DNA of 64,000 nt, taken from the NCBI GenBank assembly GCA_963677895.2, contig CAXXGJ010000006.1, forward strand, positions 352,001 to 416,000, given 5' to 3'. Source of the stretch: Treponemataceae bacterium (GTDB lineage Bacteria > Spirochaetota > Spirochaetia > Treponematales > Rectinemataceae). Both the position numbers and the translations under genes were made by a program. The first letter of the stretch is position 1, and each line of letters starts with the position of its first letter. This document shows, one piece after another, positions 18,393-28,417 of this stretch. Below the pieces are notes generated by a model, which worked only from the letters and a program-made list of their open reading frames with translations, made no database searches and was not told where the DNA came from.

Positions 18393-20936
18393 ATGTACGT
18401 ACATCTTGGCAGACGGAAAGCATTCGCGGTGTTGATCGCGGCGTTTCTGATTGGCTCTTTGCCTCCTGTTTGGAGCGCTGGCGATCCGGCGACGGAACTG
18501 AGCGACGGCAAAAAGGCCGAGCTTCAGCGGACCCTCGAAACAATGATGGAACGGTATAAAATTCCCGGCGCTATCGCCGGCCTTTGGTTTCCCGGAATCG
18601 GCGATTGGATTGGGACGGCGGGTATCGGGAATCCGGTCACGGGTGAAATTCCCCAATCGGATGACAAAGTAAGGATCGGCAGCATTACCAAGAGCTTCAC
18701 CGCTACGGTGGTTTTGCAGCTTGTGGACGAGGGCCGGCTTTCGCTGGATGATTTCCTGGTCAAATGGGAACCCCGGGTGCCGGGAGCCGATGGCATCACT
18801 ATCAGACAGCTGCTCAACATGACCTCGGGGCTCTACAATTTCACCGATCTTCCCGAGTTTTGGGATGCGCTCGACAAAGATCCCTCGGCCGTTTGGACGC
18901 CGTCGCGGCTCGTGGATATGGCGATCGCCCAGCCAGCTGCGTTCGCGCCGGGCAGCCAGTTCATGTATTGTAATACGAATTATGTTTTGCTGGGGATGAT
19001 CATCGAGAAAGTAACCGGAAGAACGGCGGGCGAGGAAATCACCTCGAGAATCATCAACAGGCTGGGGCTCAAAGACACATCCTTCCCGATGACGCCTGAA
19101 ATCAATGAACCTTATATGCGAGGTAATGTGCCCGCGGCCGGCGAAGCCGAAGGCCCGGCCAAAGTGGACGAATTCAGCATTTGTTCGCCGACGCCCTATT
19201 GGACCGCCGGCGGCATGATCGGAACGTTGCGCGATCTTAGAACGTGGATAAAGGCTATCGCTACCGGCGAACTGCTCAGTCCGGCGATGCACGCCGAACA
19301 GCTGAACTTTTCCGCTCCCAATACCGAGTTCTACGGGCTGGGCGTCATGAACGGCGGCGGCGTGATGCTGGGGCATTCCGGGGAAGTGCCCGGGTACAAT
19401 TCCTCAATGTATTACATCCCGTCCTTAGACGCTTTTGGCATAACGCTCATCAATCGGTACCCCAGCGAGGTCGAGGGCGCGGCGGACCAGGTGAACATCG
19501 CTCTCATACAGACGATGGTCGCTTCTTCCGCCGCGGGATTCTCCTATCCCGATCCCGGCGATTTTAGCGGCCTGTCCTGGGTGGATGCTTTCGCGGCGGC
19601 TCACGAAAAACTCTCGAAGGAGTATGCCTTCGGCGAATGGAAAGCCGTTGATTGGCAGGGCTTGCGCGAGAAATATCTGCCGCTGATAGCGCGTGCGCAG
19701 GCCGCTGGAGACGAGAAGGCGTATTACCTGGCCTTGCATGAATATCTTTTCTCGATCCCCGATGGCCACCTGAGCTTGAACGCCAAAGACTCTTCGATTC
19801 CGGTGGCTCTCGGCAAGGAATTGACCGGGGGTGGCTTCGGTCTAGCGATGGCCGAGCTCGATGACGGACGGGTTGTCGTCGCGGGGGTCGTGCCCGGAAG
19901 CAAGGCGGCCGAGGCCGGCATCGTCGCTAGCGCGGAAGTGATTTTCTGGGGCGGATTGCCGACCGAGGCCGCCATCGGCGCCATCGATGTGGGCGCTCTC
20001 CCCTATAAAATGCTGACGAAGGCCTATGGCGGGGAGAATCCATGGGCGACCGAGGAGCAACATCGCCTGGAACAGTGCAAGCTTCTCACTCGCGGGCCGG
20101 TGGGGAAGAAAGTCGTGGTGGAGTACAGGAATCCAGGCGCGAAAGGACTGAACGTCGCGACGCTCGAGGCCGTCGATGATGAGGGAGAGACCTTCCATCT
20201 CATCGACTTTGCCGCGAGACCGGAACTCTCGGATAAAATCGACGATCGGATCCTGCCCGAAGGCTATGGGTATATTCTCATCAGGGTGGAGTATGACTTC
20301 TCCAATCCGGGATATCCGACGGGGATTTACGAGCGCTTTAAAACTGTCATCGCGCGATTCATGGACGCGAAGGTATCAGGCATCGTCCTCGATTTCCGCG
20401 GGAATTACGGCGGCTCCGATCAGCTCGCCGCTGATATCTGCGGCTTTTTCTATCCAGCCACCGCGTTTTATGAAAGACAGGAATACTATGACAAGCGCGA
20501 CGGGAAATTCATCAGCCTGACGATCGCCGAAAAAGGACCGACGCCGATCATCGACAAAGTTCTCATCGAGCCGCAATCGCCGCGCTTTGACGGTCCTGTC
20601 GTCGTGCTCGTCAATCCCGGAACGAAAAGTTCGGGAGAGGGCGTGCCCGCTAATCTTTTAAAGCTGGCGCAAGGCAGGGTGATTGGTTTCAATGGCACAA
20701 ACGGTTCTTTCGGGATGGTGGGAGGCGAAATAGCGCTGCCCGGCGGCTATAGCATCGGCTATCCATTCGGCAGATCTGTGGATGAGGAAGGGCGGATTCA
20801 ACTGGATTCGAGGAATGGTGTCGGCGGCGTTGCGCCGGGCTTGAGAGTCCCCAAAACGCTCGACAACGTTCTAGCCCTGGCGGCGGGAACCGATGTCGAA
20901 CTTCAGTACGCTATAAAATACTTATCGGGGCTTTGA
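18393..20936 (+). CDS. Secreted fusion: S12 (beta-lactamase-like) serine hydrolase + S41 peptidase
   Basis: Signal peptide; S12 motifs SITK, YCN, GHSG; S41 motifs DGHL, DFRGNYGG, TKSSGE. Confidence 0.82.
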   Translation: MYVHLGRRKAFAVLIAAFLIGSLPPVWSAGDPATELSDGKKAELQRTLETMMERYKIPGAIAGLWFPGIGDWIGTAGIGNPVTGEIPQSDDKVRIGSITKSFTATVVLQLVDEGRLSLDDFLVKWEPRVPGADGITIRQLLNMTSGLYNFTDLPEFWDALDKDPSAVWTPSRLVDMAIAQPAAFAPGSQFMYCNTNYVLLGMIIEKVTGRTAGEEITSRIINRLGLKDTSFPMTPEINEPYMRGNVPAAGEAEGPAKVDEFSICSPTPYWTAGGMIGTLRDLRTWIKAIATGELLSPAMHAEQLNFSAPNTEFYGLGVMNGGGVMLGHSGEVPGYNSSMYYIPSLDAFGITLINRYPSEVEGAADQVNIALIQTMVASSAAGFSYPDPGDFSGLSWVDAFAAAHEKLSKEYAFGEWKAVDWQGLREKYLPLIARAQAAGDEKAYYLALHEYLFSIPDGHLSLNAKDSSIPVALGKELTGGGFGLAMAELDDGRVVVAGVVPGSKAAEAGIVASAEVIFWGGLPTEAAIGAIDVGALPYKMLTKAYGGENPWATEEQHRLEQCKLLTRGPVGKKVVVEYRNPGAKGLNVATLEAVDDEGETFHLIDFAARPELSDKIDDRILPEGYGYILIRVEYDFSNPGYPTGIYERFKTVIARFMDAKVSGIVLDFRGNYGGSDQLAADICGFFYPATAFYERQEYYDKRDGKFISLTIAEKGPTPIIDKVLIEPQSPRFDGPVVVLVNPGTKSSGEGVPANLLKLAQGRVIGFNGTNGSFGMVGGEIALPGGYSIGYPFGRSVDEEGRIQLDSRNGVGGVAPGLRVPKTLDNVLALAAGTDVELQYAIKYLSGL

Positions 20937-21016
20937 AACAATAGAAAATGTGGCGACTTCGTCGATGCCGCATTATCCGAATTACTCTGAATAAGGTTAT
21001 TGGAGGTTATGCGATC

Positions 21017-24000
21017 ATGAAGAAATCAGGATTGCCGATTTCTGCGTTGGTACTGGCCTTTTTGCTTATTCCGGCGATGGCTTTCTCCCAATTTCCCGGC
21101 GTACCGGCGATTCCTGAGCATCTCAGGCAGGCTGTCGCCATAGCGAGGGAATCCTTGGACCAGGATCTTCGTTCGGAGACTGCCTGCAGCGCCGCGGTCG
21201 CTGTCATCGAAGACGGGACGATCGTCTACTCCGAGACCTTCGGCCTCGCGGATCGGGAAAACAAGGTGTCAGTCCGCGCGGACACTCTGTTCAACATTGG
21301 CTCCATAAGCAAAGCCTTTACCACCTCGGCCATGATGGCCCTCGTCGACGAGGGAAAGGTCGGGCTCGACGTTCCCGTGCTGCGATACCTTCCGGAGTTC
21401 GCGATGGCCGATCCCCGTTTCCAGAATATCACGATTCGAATGCTGCTGAACCATACTTCCGGAATTCCAGGCACCAACTGGGAAAACGGGATGGGCTTCG
21501 AAAGCGATCCTGAATACGCGCGCACAACGTTGAAGAAACTTAAGACGCAGCGCCTCAAGTTCGATCCAGGAGCGGTCGCGACCTACTGCAACGACGGCTT
21601 TACCCTCGCCGAGCTCGTCATAGAGCGTGTTTCCGGCATGAGTTTTATCGATTGCGTCGCGCAACGTGTACTCTCCCCCCTTGCCATGACGCGTACGGGG
21701 CTCAGCATGGGGCTCAGAAAAAGCGAGCCTTCAGCCCTGTATTACGAGCCGGGCACGGGCAAGAGGGAGCCTGCGGAAGTGGTGTCCATCCTGGGCGCGG
21801 GGGGAATGGCCTCTACGGCCGAGGATCTCTGCCGCTTCGCCTATTCCTTTTCAGGGGACGGTTCCCAGTTCCTGAGTCCGGAATCGCGCAACGAGATGCT
21901 GAAAGAACAGCCCTCCGCCGCTAAACGGCAGAACGCCTCGGCGGGTTGGCCCTATGGCCTCGGCTGGGATTTGGTCGAAAAGTCGCCATTCAAGGAAGCG
22001 GGCATTCAGGTGCTGGGCAAGGGCGGCAACACGGGACGTTATACGTCGCAGATTCTGGTCGCTCCTTCGAAGCGAATCGCCATCGCCATCGTGGAAAGCG
22101 CCGCCGGGGCACCCGCCGTCATCACCGCCTCCAGGATGCTGGAAGCCGCTCTGCTTGACAAAGGGCAGATGAGCCGGTCCGGGACCGCGCCCGCGCTCGA
22201 TCCCGCGCGCGAACCCGCCCTTGAGCCCGCGCGCGAAGCCATCCCGCGCGGCTACGCCGAATTCGAGGGGTATTACGCGGCGGGCGGCTATGTCATAAAG
22301 CTGGATATAGATTTCGACCGCGACGAACTCTCCGTGCTCATCCTCTACCAAGGGCGCCAGATGCCCCGACCTCCGAGCTTCTACAGCGGCGGCGCCTTCT
22401 ATTCCAGCGACGGCGACCCTATCCGGTTGGAAAAAATCGATGGCATCTGCTGCTTCCTAACCGAAACGCCCTTCGGCCCCAATGTGGCCGCCCAGCGCCT
22501 AGAGGTTCTGGACAATCCCCTGAGTTTGGACACGGAAATCGCGGGCAGGCTCTGGCTGCGCCGAAATATCGGTCCCTACGAAGGCAGATCCCTCGCCTTG
22601 TTCAATCCCTTCACGGTATCGAATACGGTGCCGACCCTGCCCGGCTACGTCGATTTCGACGGCATCAAGGAGGTGACCTCGCCCTCCACGGCCACCTTCG
22701 TCGCCACCTACGTGCGGGACCAGACGGAACTCTCCCTTGTCGAAAAAGACGGCGAGACCAGGGCATGGCTTTCGTACAAGCTCATGAGCCCGGCGGACGA
22801 GGCATTGCGCCTGTCCCGCGGTTTTTCCGCGGTCACGATCGGGAGCGAAGGGCTCAACGAATGGCTCGTCGCCGCGGAAGACCTGACCTTGCAGGTCAGG
22901 AAGCCGGGAAGGGGAAGACTTGTCATATACTCCCCCGGTCTCGCGCCCATCTACGACAGCGTTCTGGATACGGGGGACGTGAAAGTCGAAAAAGGATCCC
23001 TCATCCAGCTCGCCGGCCTGCCCGGCGACAGGTTCGCCCTCACAGGGCTCACGAAGGAAGCCTGGACCCTCCTCGACACCATGTCCCTATGGGACTTTTC
23101 CGATGTGGATGTCTCGCCCGACGGGAAGAAGATAATCTTCACCGCCTCCACTGCATCCACCGCCTCAACCGCCGCGCGGGAGGGAGGTCTATCCAATCCC
23201 GTCCCCCGCGTCTACATCGCCGATATCGACGGCAAAAACCCCAGAGCCCTGACGGGCGAGGACGGCCCCAGCTATCACGCGCAGTGGTCGCCGGACGGCA
23301 AACGCATATCCTTTCTCTCCTTCCGGTCGGGCAAACTGGAACTCTGGCTCATCGCTCCCGAAGGGGGAGAGGCGGTACAGCTCAGCCACGCGAACGCCGC
23401 GGTCTACGCCTACCGTTGGGCCCGGGACGGGGCCTTCATCGGCTATATCGATCCCGATCCCGCGAGCCCCGAAGAAATCCGGGCCGCCCAGGCTATGGAA
23501 GATCCCCAGATCGTCGATGAGCAGGAAAAGATGATTCATCTCTGGACGGTGGCGACGGAGCCCGACGCGAAAGGGCTCTATGCGACGAAGAGAATCACCT
23601 CCGGCGATTTCTGCGTCTCGAGCTGGGACTTCGCGCCCGACGGCTCGGCCGTTACCTTCGTACGGCAGAAGCGGCTTCTGCCCCTGTATGAATATCCCGG
23701 GTTGATCTCCAGGCTCGATCTCAAGAGCGGCATCATCGCCGACCTCGTGCCTTCGATCGAGCGGGGCATCTACAATTCCATAAGCTATTCGCCCGATGGC
23801 GAATCGATCGCCTATACGACAAGCCGGTCTTTTTTCACGCTGATGGATGTCTCGGTCCTCCCCGCCGCGGGTGGCACTCCGGTGACCCTAGCCAAGGACC
23901 AGAGCCAGAGCGCCTTGTACAACAGCCTAGGTCTCCTCGGCTGGTCGCCCGATGGGGCTTACCTCTATATTTCGAACGCCCGGGGCACGAAGGCGGCGAT

Positions 24001-25009
24001 CACCGCCCTGCCCGTCGACGGCGGCCCCGCGAGGGACATTCTCGTCCGGGGCTATATTTCAGGCGGGAAAATCAATGCCGCAGGCACGGCCATGGGATTG
24101 ATACTCGAGGACCTGGCCAATCCCTCCGAGGTCTGGGCCGCGGCCATCTCGGGAAAAAACGATATGGAGCCCTGGAAGGTCAGCGCGCTGAATTCCAAAG
24201 TTCCCAAGGGGGAAATCTGGGAGTCCAAGGTTGTTGAATGGAAGGCATCGGACGGGCGCGCCATCGAGGGCATCCTCACCCATCCCGCGGGCGCGAAGCC
24301 CGAAAACGGATATCCCCTCGTGGTGGAGGCCCATGGAGGCCCTTCCTATTCATTCTTCGAATATTACACAGGCGGGAAAAGCTGGCTCATCTCGCCGGCT
24401 GGCGCCCTCGCGTACCAGGGCTTCGCCCTCCTGAGGCCCAATATCCGCGGCTCGGCCGGGTATGGCGCGGAATTCACCTACTCGAATCTCGCCGACTGGG
24501 GCGGCGGAGACTTCCAGGACATCCTGGACGGGGTGGACTTCCTCGTGAAGCGAGGCATGGCCGATCCGGAGCGCGTGACGATCATGGGGCAGAGCTATGG
24601 AGGCTATATGGCCGCCTGGGCGGTGACCCAGACCGACAGGTTCAAGGCTTCCGTCGTCATCGACGGGATAACCAATCTCGCCAGCGACGCCCTCACCACG
24701 GATATTCCCCACTACATGGCCGATAACCTGGGCGGCTTCGTCTGGGACAACCCCGACATCTATCGCGACCGTTCCCCCATTACCCATGTCCGGAACGTGC
24801 GCACGCCCACCCTCATCCTTCACGGCATGTACGACGCGAGAGTGCCCCTCGGCCAGGCGCAGGAATTCTACACGGCTTTGAAGCTCCTGAACGTCCCGAC
24901 GCGGATGATCGTCTATCCCCGGGCTGGGCATTATCCGGGCGAACCGAAGCAGCAGATGGACATGTGGGAACGCGAGATCGAGTGGTTCACGCGGTATAGC
25001 GGGAAGTAA
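21017..25009 (+). CDS. Secreted fusion: S12 serine hydrolase + beta-propeller + S9 peptidase
   Basis: GGAGG RBS and signal peptide; S12 motifs SISK, YCN, KGG; SPDG propeller repeats; S9 triad GQSYGG, DARVP, RAGH. Confidence 0.85.
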   Translation: MKKSGLPISALVLAFLLIPAMAFSQFPGVPAIPEHLRQAVAIARESLDQDLRSETACSAAVAVIEDGTIVYSETFGLADRENKVSVRADTLFNIGSISKAFTTSAMMALVDEGKVGLDVPVLRYLPEFAMADPRFQNITIRMLLNHTSGIPGTNWENGMGFESDPEYARTTLKKLKTQRLKFDPGAVATYCNDGFTLAELVIERVSGMSFIDCVAQRVLSPLAMTRTGLSMGLRKSEPSALYYEPGTGKREPAEVVSILGAGGMASTAEDLCRFAYSFSGDGSQFLSPESRNEMLKEQPSAAKRQNASAGWPYGLGWDLVEKSPFKEAGIQVLGKGGNTGRYTSQILVAPSKRIAIAIVESAAGAPAVITASRMLEAALLDKGQMSRSGTAPALDPAREPALEPAREAIPRGYAEFEGYYAAGGYVIKLDIDFDRDELSVLILYQGRQMPRPPSFYSGGAFYSSDGDPIRLEKIDGICCFLTETPFGPNVAAQRLEVLDNPLSLDTEIAGRLWLRRNIGPYEGRSLALFNPFTVSNTVPTLPGYVDFDGIKEVTSPSTATFVATYVRDQTELSLVEKDGETRAWLSYKLMSPADEALRLSRGFSAVTIGSEGLNEWLVAAEDLTLQVRKPGRGRLVIYSPGLAPIYDSVLDTGDVKVEKGSLIQLAGLPGDRFALTGLTKEAWTLLDTMSLWDFSDVDVSPDGKKIIFTASTASTASTAAREGGLSNPVPRVYIADIDGKNPRALTGEDGPSYHAQWSPDGKRISFLSFRSGKLELWLIAPEGGEAVQLSHANAAVYAYRWARDGAFIGYIDPDPASPEEIRAAQAMEDPQIVDEQEKMIHLWTVATEPDAKGLYATKRITSGDFCVSSWDFAPDGSAVTFVRQKRLLPLYEYPGLISRLDLKSGIIADLVPSIERGIYNSISYSPDGESIAYTTSRSFFTLMDVSVLPAAGGTPVTLAKDQSQSALYNSLGLLGWSPDGAYLYISNARGTKAAITALPVDGGPARDILVRGYISGGKINAAGTAMGLILEDLANPSEVWAAAISGKNDMEPWKVSALNSKVPKGEIWESKVVEWKASDGRAIEGILTHPAGAKPENGYPLVVEAHGGPSYSFFEYYTGGKSWLISPAGALAYQGFALLRPNIRGSAGYGAEFTYSNLADWGGGDFQDILDGVDFLVKRGMADPERVTIMGQSYGGYMAAWAVTQTDRFKASVVIDGITNLASDALTTDIPHYMADNLGGFVWDNPDIYRDRSPITHVRNVRTPTLILHGMYDARVPLGQAQEFYTALKLLNVPTRMIVYPRAGHYPGEPKQQMDMWEREIEWFTRYSGK

Positions 25010-25011
25010 CG

Positions 25012-27708
25012 CTATCGGTTTTCTTCAAGGGGAAATTCTCTCTCTCGAAACAAGCGCAGGCAGCTGTCGACAACATCGCTGTCGTAGAGGATGCCCCTGT
25101 TCTTCTCGACTTCCTCCAGGGCGGCATCGATGCCCAGCGCGGGACGATAGGGACGATACGAAGCCATTGCCTCCACGACATCGGCGACGGCCAAAATCCG
25201 GGATTCCATGAGCGTTTGATTCCCGGTCAACCTGTTCGGATAGCCTGACCCATTCATCCGTTCATGATGCTCGAGCACGATGCGCGCGATAGGCCATGGG
25301 AATTCTATATCCTTCAGGATGTCGTACCCTGCCTGAGCGTGAATCTTGATCAGCTCGAATTCAATCGCCAGCAATTTCTTGGGTTTCGTGAGAATCTCGG
25401 CGGGAACGGAAACCTTGCCGAGATCGTGAATCGATGCAGCCAGGCGAAGTCCTTCGATTCGATCTTCGGGAAGACCCATCTCAAGGGCGATGGACTGGGC
25501 AAGATTTGACACGCGGCTTTGATGGCCCGCCGTATAAGGATCTCTCGCTTCCACGGTCGCGGAAATGGCATGGATCGTCGCGCCCAAGGCTTCCCGCAAA
25601 CGTTCGGTGCTCAACTGTCGGTCGGTGATATCTTCGCAGAATCCTTCGTAATGCAGGATTTTCCCATTGTTGTCGCGAACGGCATGCTGATCTATCGATA
25701 CCCAGATGACTTTTTTGTCTTTTCTTCGGTATTGACATATAAAACCCTTCACCGCTTCGCACTCGTCGATTTCCTTGAGCAGCTTTTCGCGAGCCTCGGG
25801 GTCAACGTAAATATCGCGTGCCATGTTCTTGATGTTCGATATGAGCTCTTTAGGGGATTTGAAGCCCAACATAGTCGCCATGGCCTTGTTAGCGGTCAGG
25901 AATTTCCCGGTTTTATTCGACTGGAAGATACCTTCCTGGGCATTGTCGAAAATATTCCTGTATTTCCCTTCGGTTCTGAACAACGCCTCCGTCAACCGCT
26001 TCGCCTCCAGGATTTTCCAAACGGAATCCATCAACAACGTCAACTGTCGTACATCCGAACTGTTATAATCGGTTGACTTGTTCGCCACTCCCGCCACGGC
26101 CACGATCCGATCGCCAGAGAATACTGGAACCGTCAAGTACTTGTGGATACGCGCATGACTCTCTGGATAGCCTTTTTTCAGAGGATGAGGCGATTGGAAA
26201 TCATTGACGATGATGGGCTTGGCTTGCCTTACCGCCTCGCCCCAAATCCCTGTCGTGTTGAGCTGAGAGGTTGTCGGCGAGTCGCCGATGCCGCATTCCC
26301 TTTTTACTCCCTTCGACCAGGTATTGAGGGTAAACTCTTTGCGTTGATCATTGTAAAGGTAGATATACCCGAGCATGCTGTCCGTCAGCTCTATCGCTTC
26401 TTCAAGGGCGAAGTCGAGAAGCGATTGGATCGATTTGGCCTTATGCTGAGCTATTCGCAAAAGACCTTCCAGCCTCGCCTCGTTTCGGAGGATTTCCTCC
26501 TCGTTTCGCTTGCGTTCGGAGATGTCGCGCGAGACGCCATGCAATCCGATTATCGTTCCCTTCCCGTCGCGGATAAAGGCGATATTCATCGATACCCAGA
26601 AGGTACTGCCATCGGCGCGAAGGCTTTTGACTTCCAGGCGACGAGAACGTGCTTTATCGACGCCTGGGTCCTTCTCCTTTTCAAGTTCCTCGGTTAATGC
26701 CATTCGTACTTGCTCGAGCGAATCCGTAGGGAACCTTTCCTCCAGGGACCGGCCCATATAAATTTCCGCGGACTCTCCGTACATCTTTTTTGCCGATGGA
26801 CTGATATAGGTAATTTTAAGGGCCAGATCCGAAGTCCAGACCACATCGGCGATAGTCTCGGTGATGAGCTTATACTTCTGCTCGCTTTCCCGAAGCGATT
26901 GCTCGGCCTTTTTATACTCGGTAATGTCCTGGTTCACTCCATAGGTTTTGAGTGTTTTCCCCTCGGCATCCTTGACGATGTAGATGCGTACGGCTATGTC
27001 TCCCGCCGTCCCGTCCTCGTAGAGCATTCGATGTTCTATCTGACTGCTGAAATGAGGATCCTTGGTATCGATGGCTTTCTGCGTTTCTTTCGCCACGATG
27101 GCGATATCGTCAGGATGTACGAACCTTCGCGCATAATCGGCCGACTTCATTGTATATCCGCCGATCTTTTCGGTCGTCGTCTTGAAAAGCTTATAGAATT
27201 GTTCGTTGAAGGTGAAAAGATCGCCGGGAACATCATAGACCCAATGACCCAAGTGAGCGATTTCGAGGGCGTTGGAAAGCTGGGCTCTGCTGGCCTTGAG
27301 CTCTTCGAGGACTTTTCTGTGTTCTTCCCTGACTACTTTTTCCTGGAGTTCCCTTTCCACGGCGGGAACGAGACGCTGGAGATGGCCCTTCATGATGTAG
27401 TCATGGGCTCCCGCCTTCATGGCTCCGATCGCCGTCTCTTCCCCGATCGCTCCCGAGACGATGATGAAGGGAATATCCAGAGCGGTCTCCCTTAAAAGCG
27501 CGAGGGCTTCCATTCCGCTGAATTGGGGAAGTTTATAATCGGAAACCACGCAATCCCAGGCCGATTCCTTCAGCGCCGAACGCATGGCGACCGCCGTATC
27601 TATGCGTTTGAAAACCAGCTCGTAGCCGCCCTCCGCCAGCGCGTGTTGGATTAAAGCGGCATCGTCCTCGGAATCTTCGATATTCAAAACGCATAGCATT
27701 CTTCCCAT
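25012..27708 (-). CDS. REC-PAS-PAS-GAF-PAS-HD-GYP cyclic-dinucleotide phosphodiesterase
   Basis: REC (IEDSEDD, SDYKLP), three PAS/PAC repeats ending DIT/DIS, a GAF domain, then RDPYTAGH, IHDLGK and HHERMNGSGYP. Confidence 0.9.
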   Translation of the reverse strand: MGRMLCVLNIEDSEDDAALIQHALAEGGYELVFKRIDTAVAMRSALKESAWDCVVSDYKLPQFSGMEALALLRETALDIPFIIVSGAIGEETAIGAMKAGAHDYIMKGHLQRLVPAVERELQEKVVREEHRKVLEELKASRAQLSNALEIAHLGHWVYDVPGDLFTFNEQFYKLFKTTTEKIGGYTMKSADYARRFVHPDDIAIVAKETQKAIDTKDPHFSSQIEHRMLYEDGTAGDIAVRIYIVKDAEGKTLKTYGVNQDITEYKKAEQSLRESEQKYKLITETIADVVWTSDLALKITYISPSAKKMYGESAEIYMGRSLEERFPTDSLEQVRMALTEELEKEKDPGVDKARSRRLEVKSLRADGSTFWVSMNIAFIRDGKGTIIGLHGVSRDISERKRNEEEILRNEARLEGLLRIAQHKAKSIQSLLDFALEEAIELTDSMLGYIYLYNDQRKEFTLNTWSKGVKRECGIGDSPTTSQLNTTGIWGEAVRQAKPIIVNDFQSPHPLKKGYPESHARIHKYLTVPVFSGDRIVAVAGVANKSTDYNSSDVRQLTLLMDSVWKILEAKRLTEALFRTEGKYRNIFDNAQEGIFQSNKTGKFLTANKAMATMLGFKSPKELISNIKNMARDIYVDPEAREKLLKEIDECEAVKGFICQYRRKDKKVIWVSIDQHAVRDNNGKILHYEGFCEDITDRQLSTERLREALGATIHAISATVEARDPYTAGHQSRVSNLAQSIALEMGLPEDRIEGLRLAASIHDLGKVSVPAEILTKPKKLLAIEFELIKIHAQAGYDILKDIEFPWPIARIVLEHHERMNGSGYPNRLTGNQTLMESRILAVADVVEAMASYRPYRPALGIDAALEEVEKNRGILYDSDVVDSCLRLFREREFPLEENR

Positions 27709-27787
27709 CGATAGCACCTGCCTCGCTTCAATATACTGACTATTGTCGCTGGACTGTAATTCTGTCGAGGTTTAGAATGGATTCAAC

Positions 27788-28171
27788 ATGAATGGAAACC
27801 ACCCCGTCCGAATTGTGCTCCTCGCGCTGGCGGCCTTGTTTGTCGTCGCTTCGCTGCCGGCGCAGACTGCGCTGACCGAATCGCAGGCGTATAAAAAAGC
27901 GGAAGAATACCTGCTTCTTCATTTCCAGAATGAATTCATGAAAACCGAGGATTTCAAGGAAAGGTTCGGTGAGATCGCATGGGAAGAGATTTCGCAGGAC
28001 GTGATGGATTCCATGGATTTTGTGCGCGACAGGAAGGCGGAAAAAAATCTGTACCAGGATAAATCATACGCCTTTATCGGAGACATGCTCGAATTCGAAA
28101 TATTGATCGACAGGATTGTGCTGGACAAGATTACTGGCGAACTGCAGGACATTGAGATCATGTTCTGGTGA
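27788..28171 (+). CDS. Hypothetical secreted acidic protein
   Basis: Signal peptide (VLLALAALFVVASLPA); 127 aa; followed by a terminator. Confidence 0.6.
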   Translation: MNGNHPVRIVLLALAALFVVASLPAQTALTESQAYKKAEEYLLLHFQNEFMKTEDFKERFGEIAWEEISQDVMDSMDFVRDRKAEKNLYQDKSYAFIGDMLEFEILIDRIVLDKITGELQDIEIMFW

Positions 28172-28212
28172 ACGCATTGTCGGAATGGCAGGATGAATCA
28201 TCAGTTACTGAG

Positions 28213-28243
28213 TTAAAAAGCCGCCACCTCTGGCGGCTTTTAA
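28213..28243. terminator. Bidirectional intrinsic terminator
   Basis: AAAAGCCGCCA-CCTC-TGGCGGCTTTT between convergent genes. Confidence 0.85.
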
Positions 28244-28380
28244 TTGTTGGGCTGAATGGGCTGCCTGACTAACGTTGACGCTACCCGATTGATCCCAAAA
28301 ATACATTAAGCCTTCGAAAATATCGGCATATTCGCCACATTGTTCAGGATACCTTTACGGATCGAAAGTTGTGTTCTTCT

Positions 28381-28415
28381 CTTCCAGAGGGTGACAAATT
28401 GTCACAATCTGGAAG
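28381..28415. repeat. 35-bp imperfect inverted repeat just after the rhuM stop
   Basis: CTTCCAGA-GG-GTGACAA-A-TTGTCAC-AA-TCTGGAAG. Confidence 0.9.
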
Positions 28416-28417
28416 CG

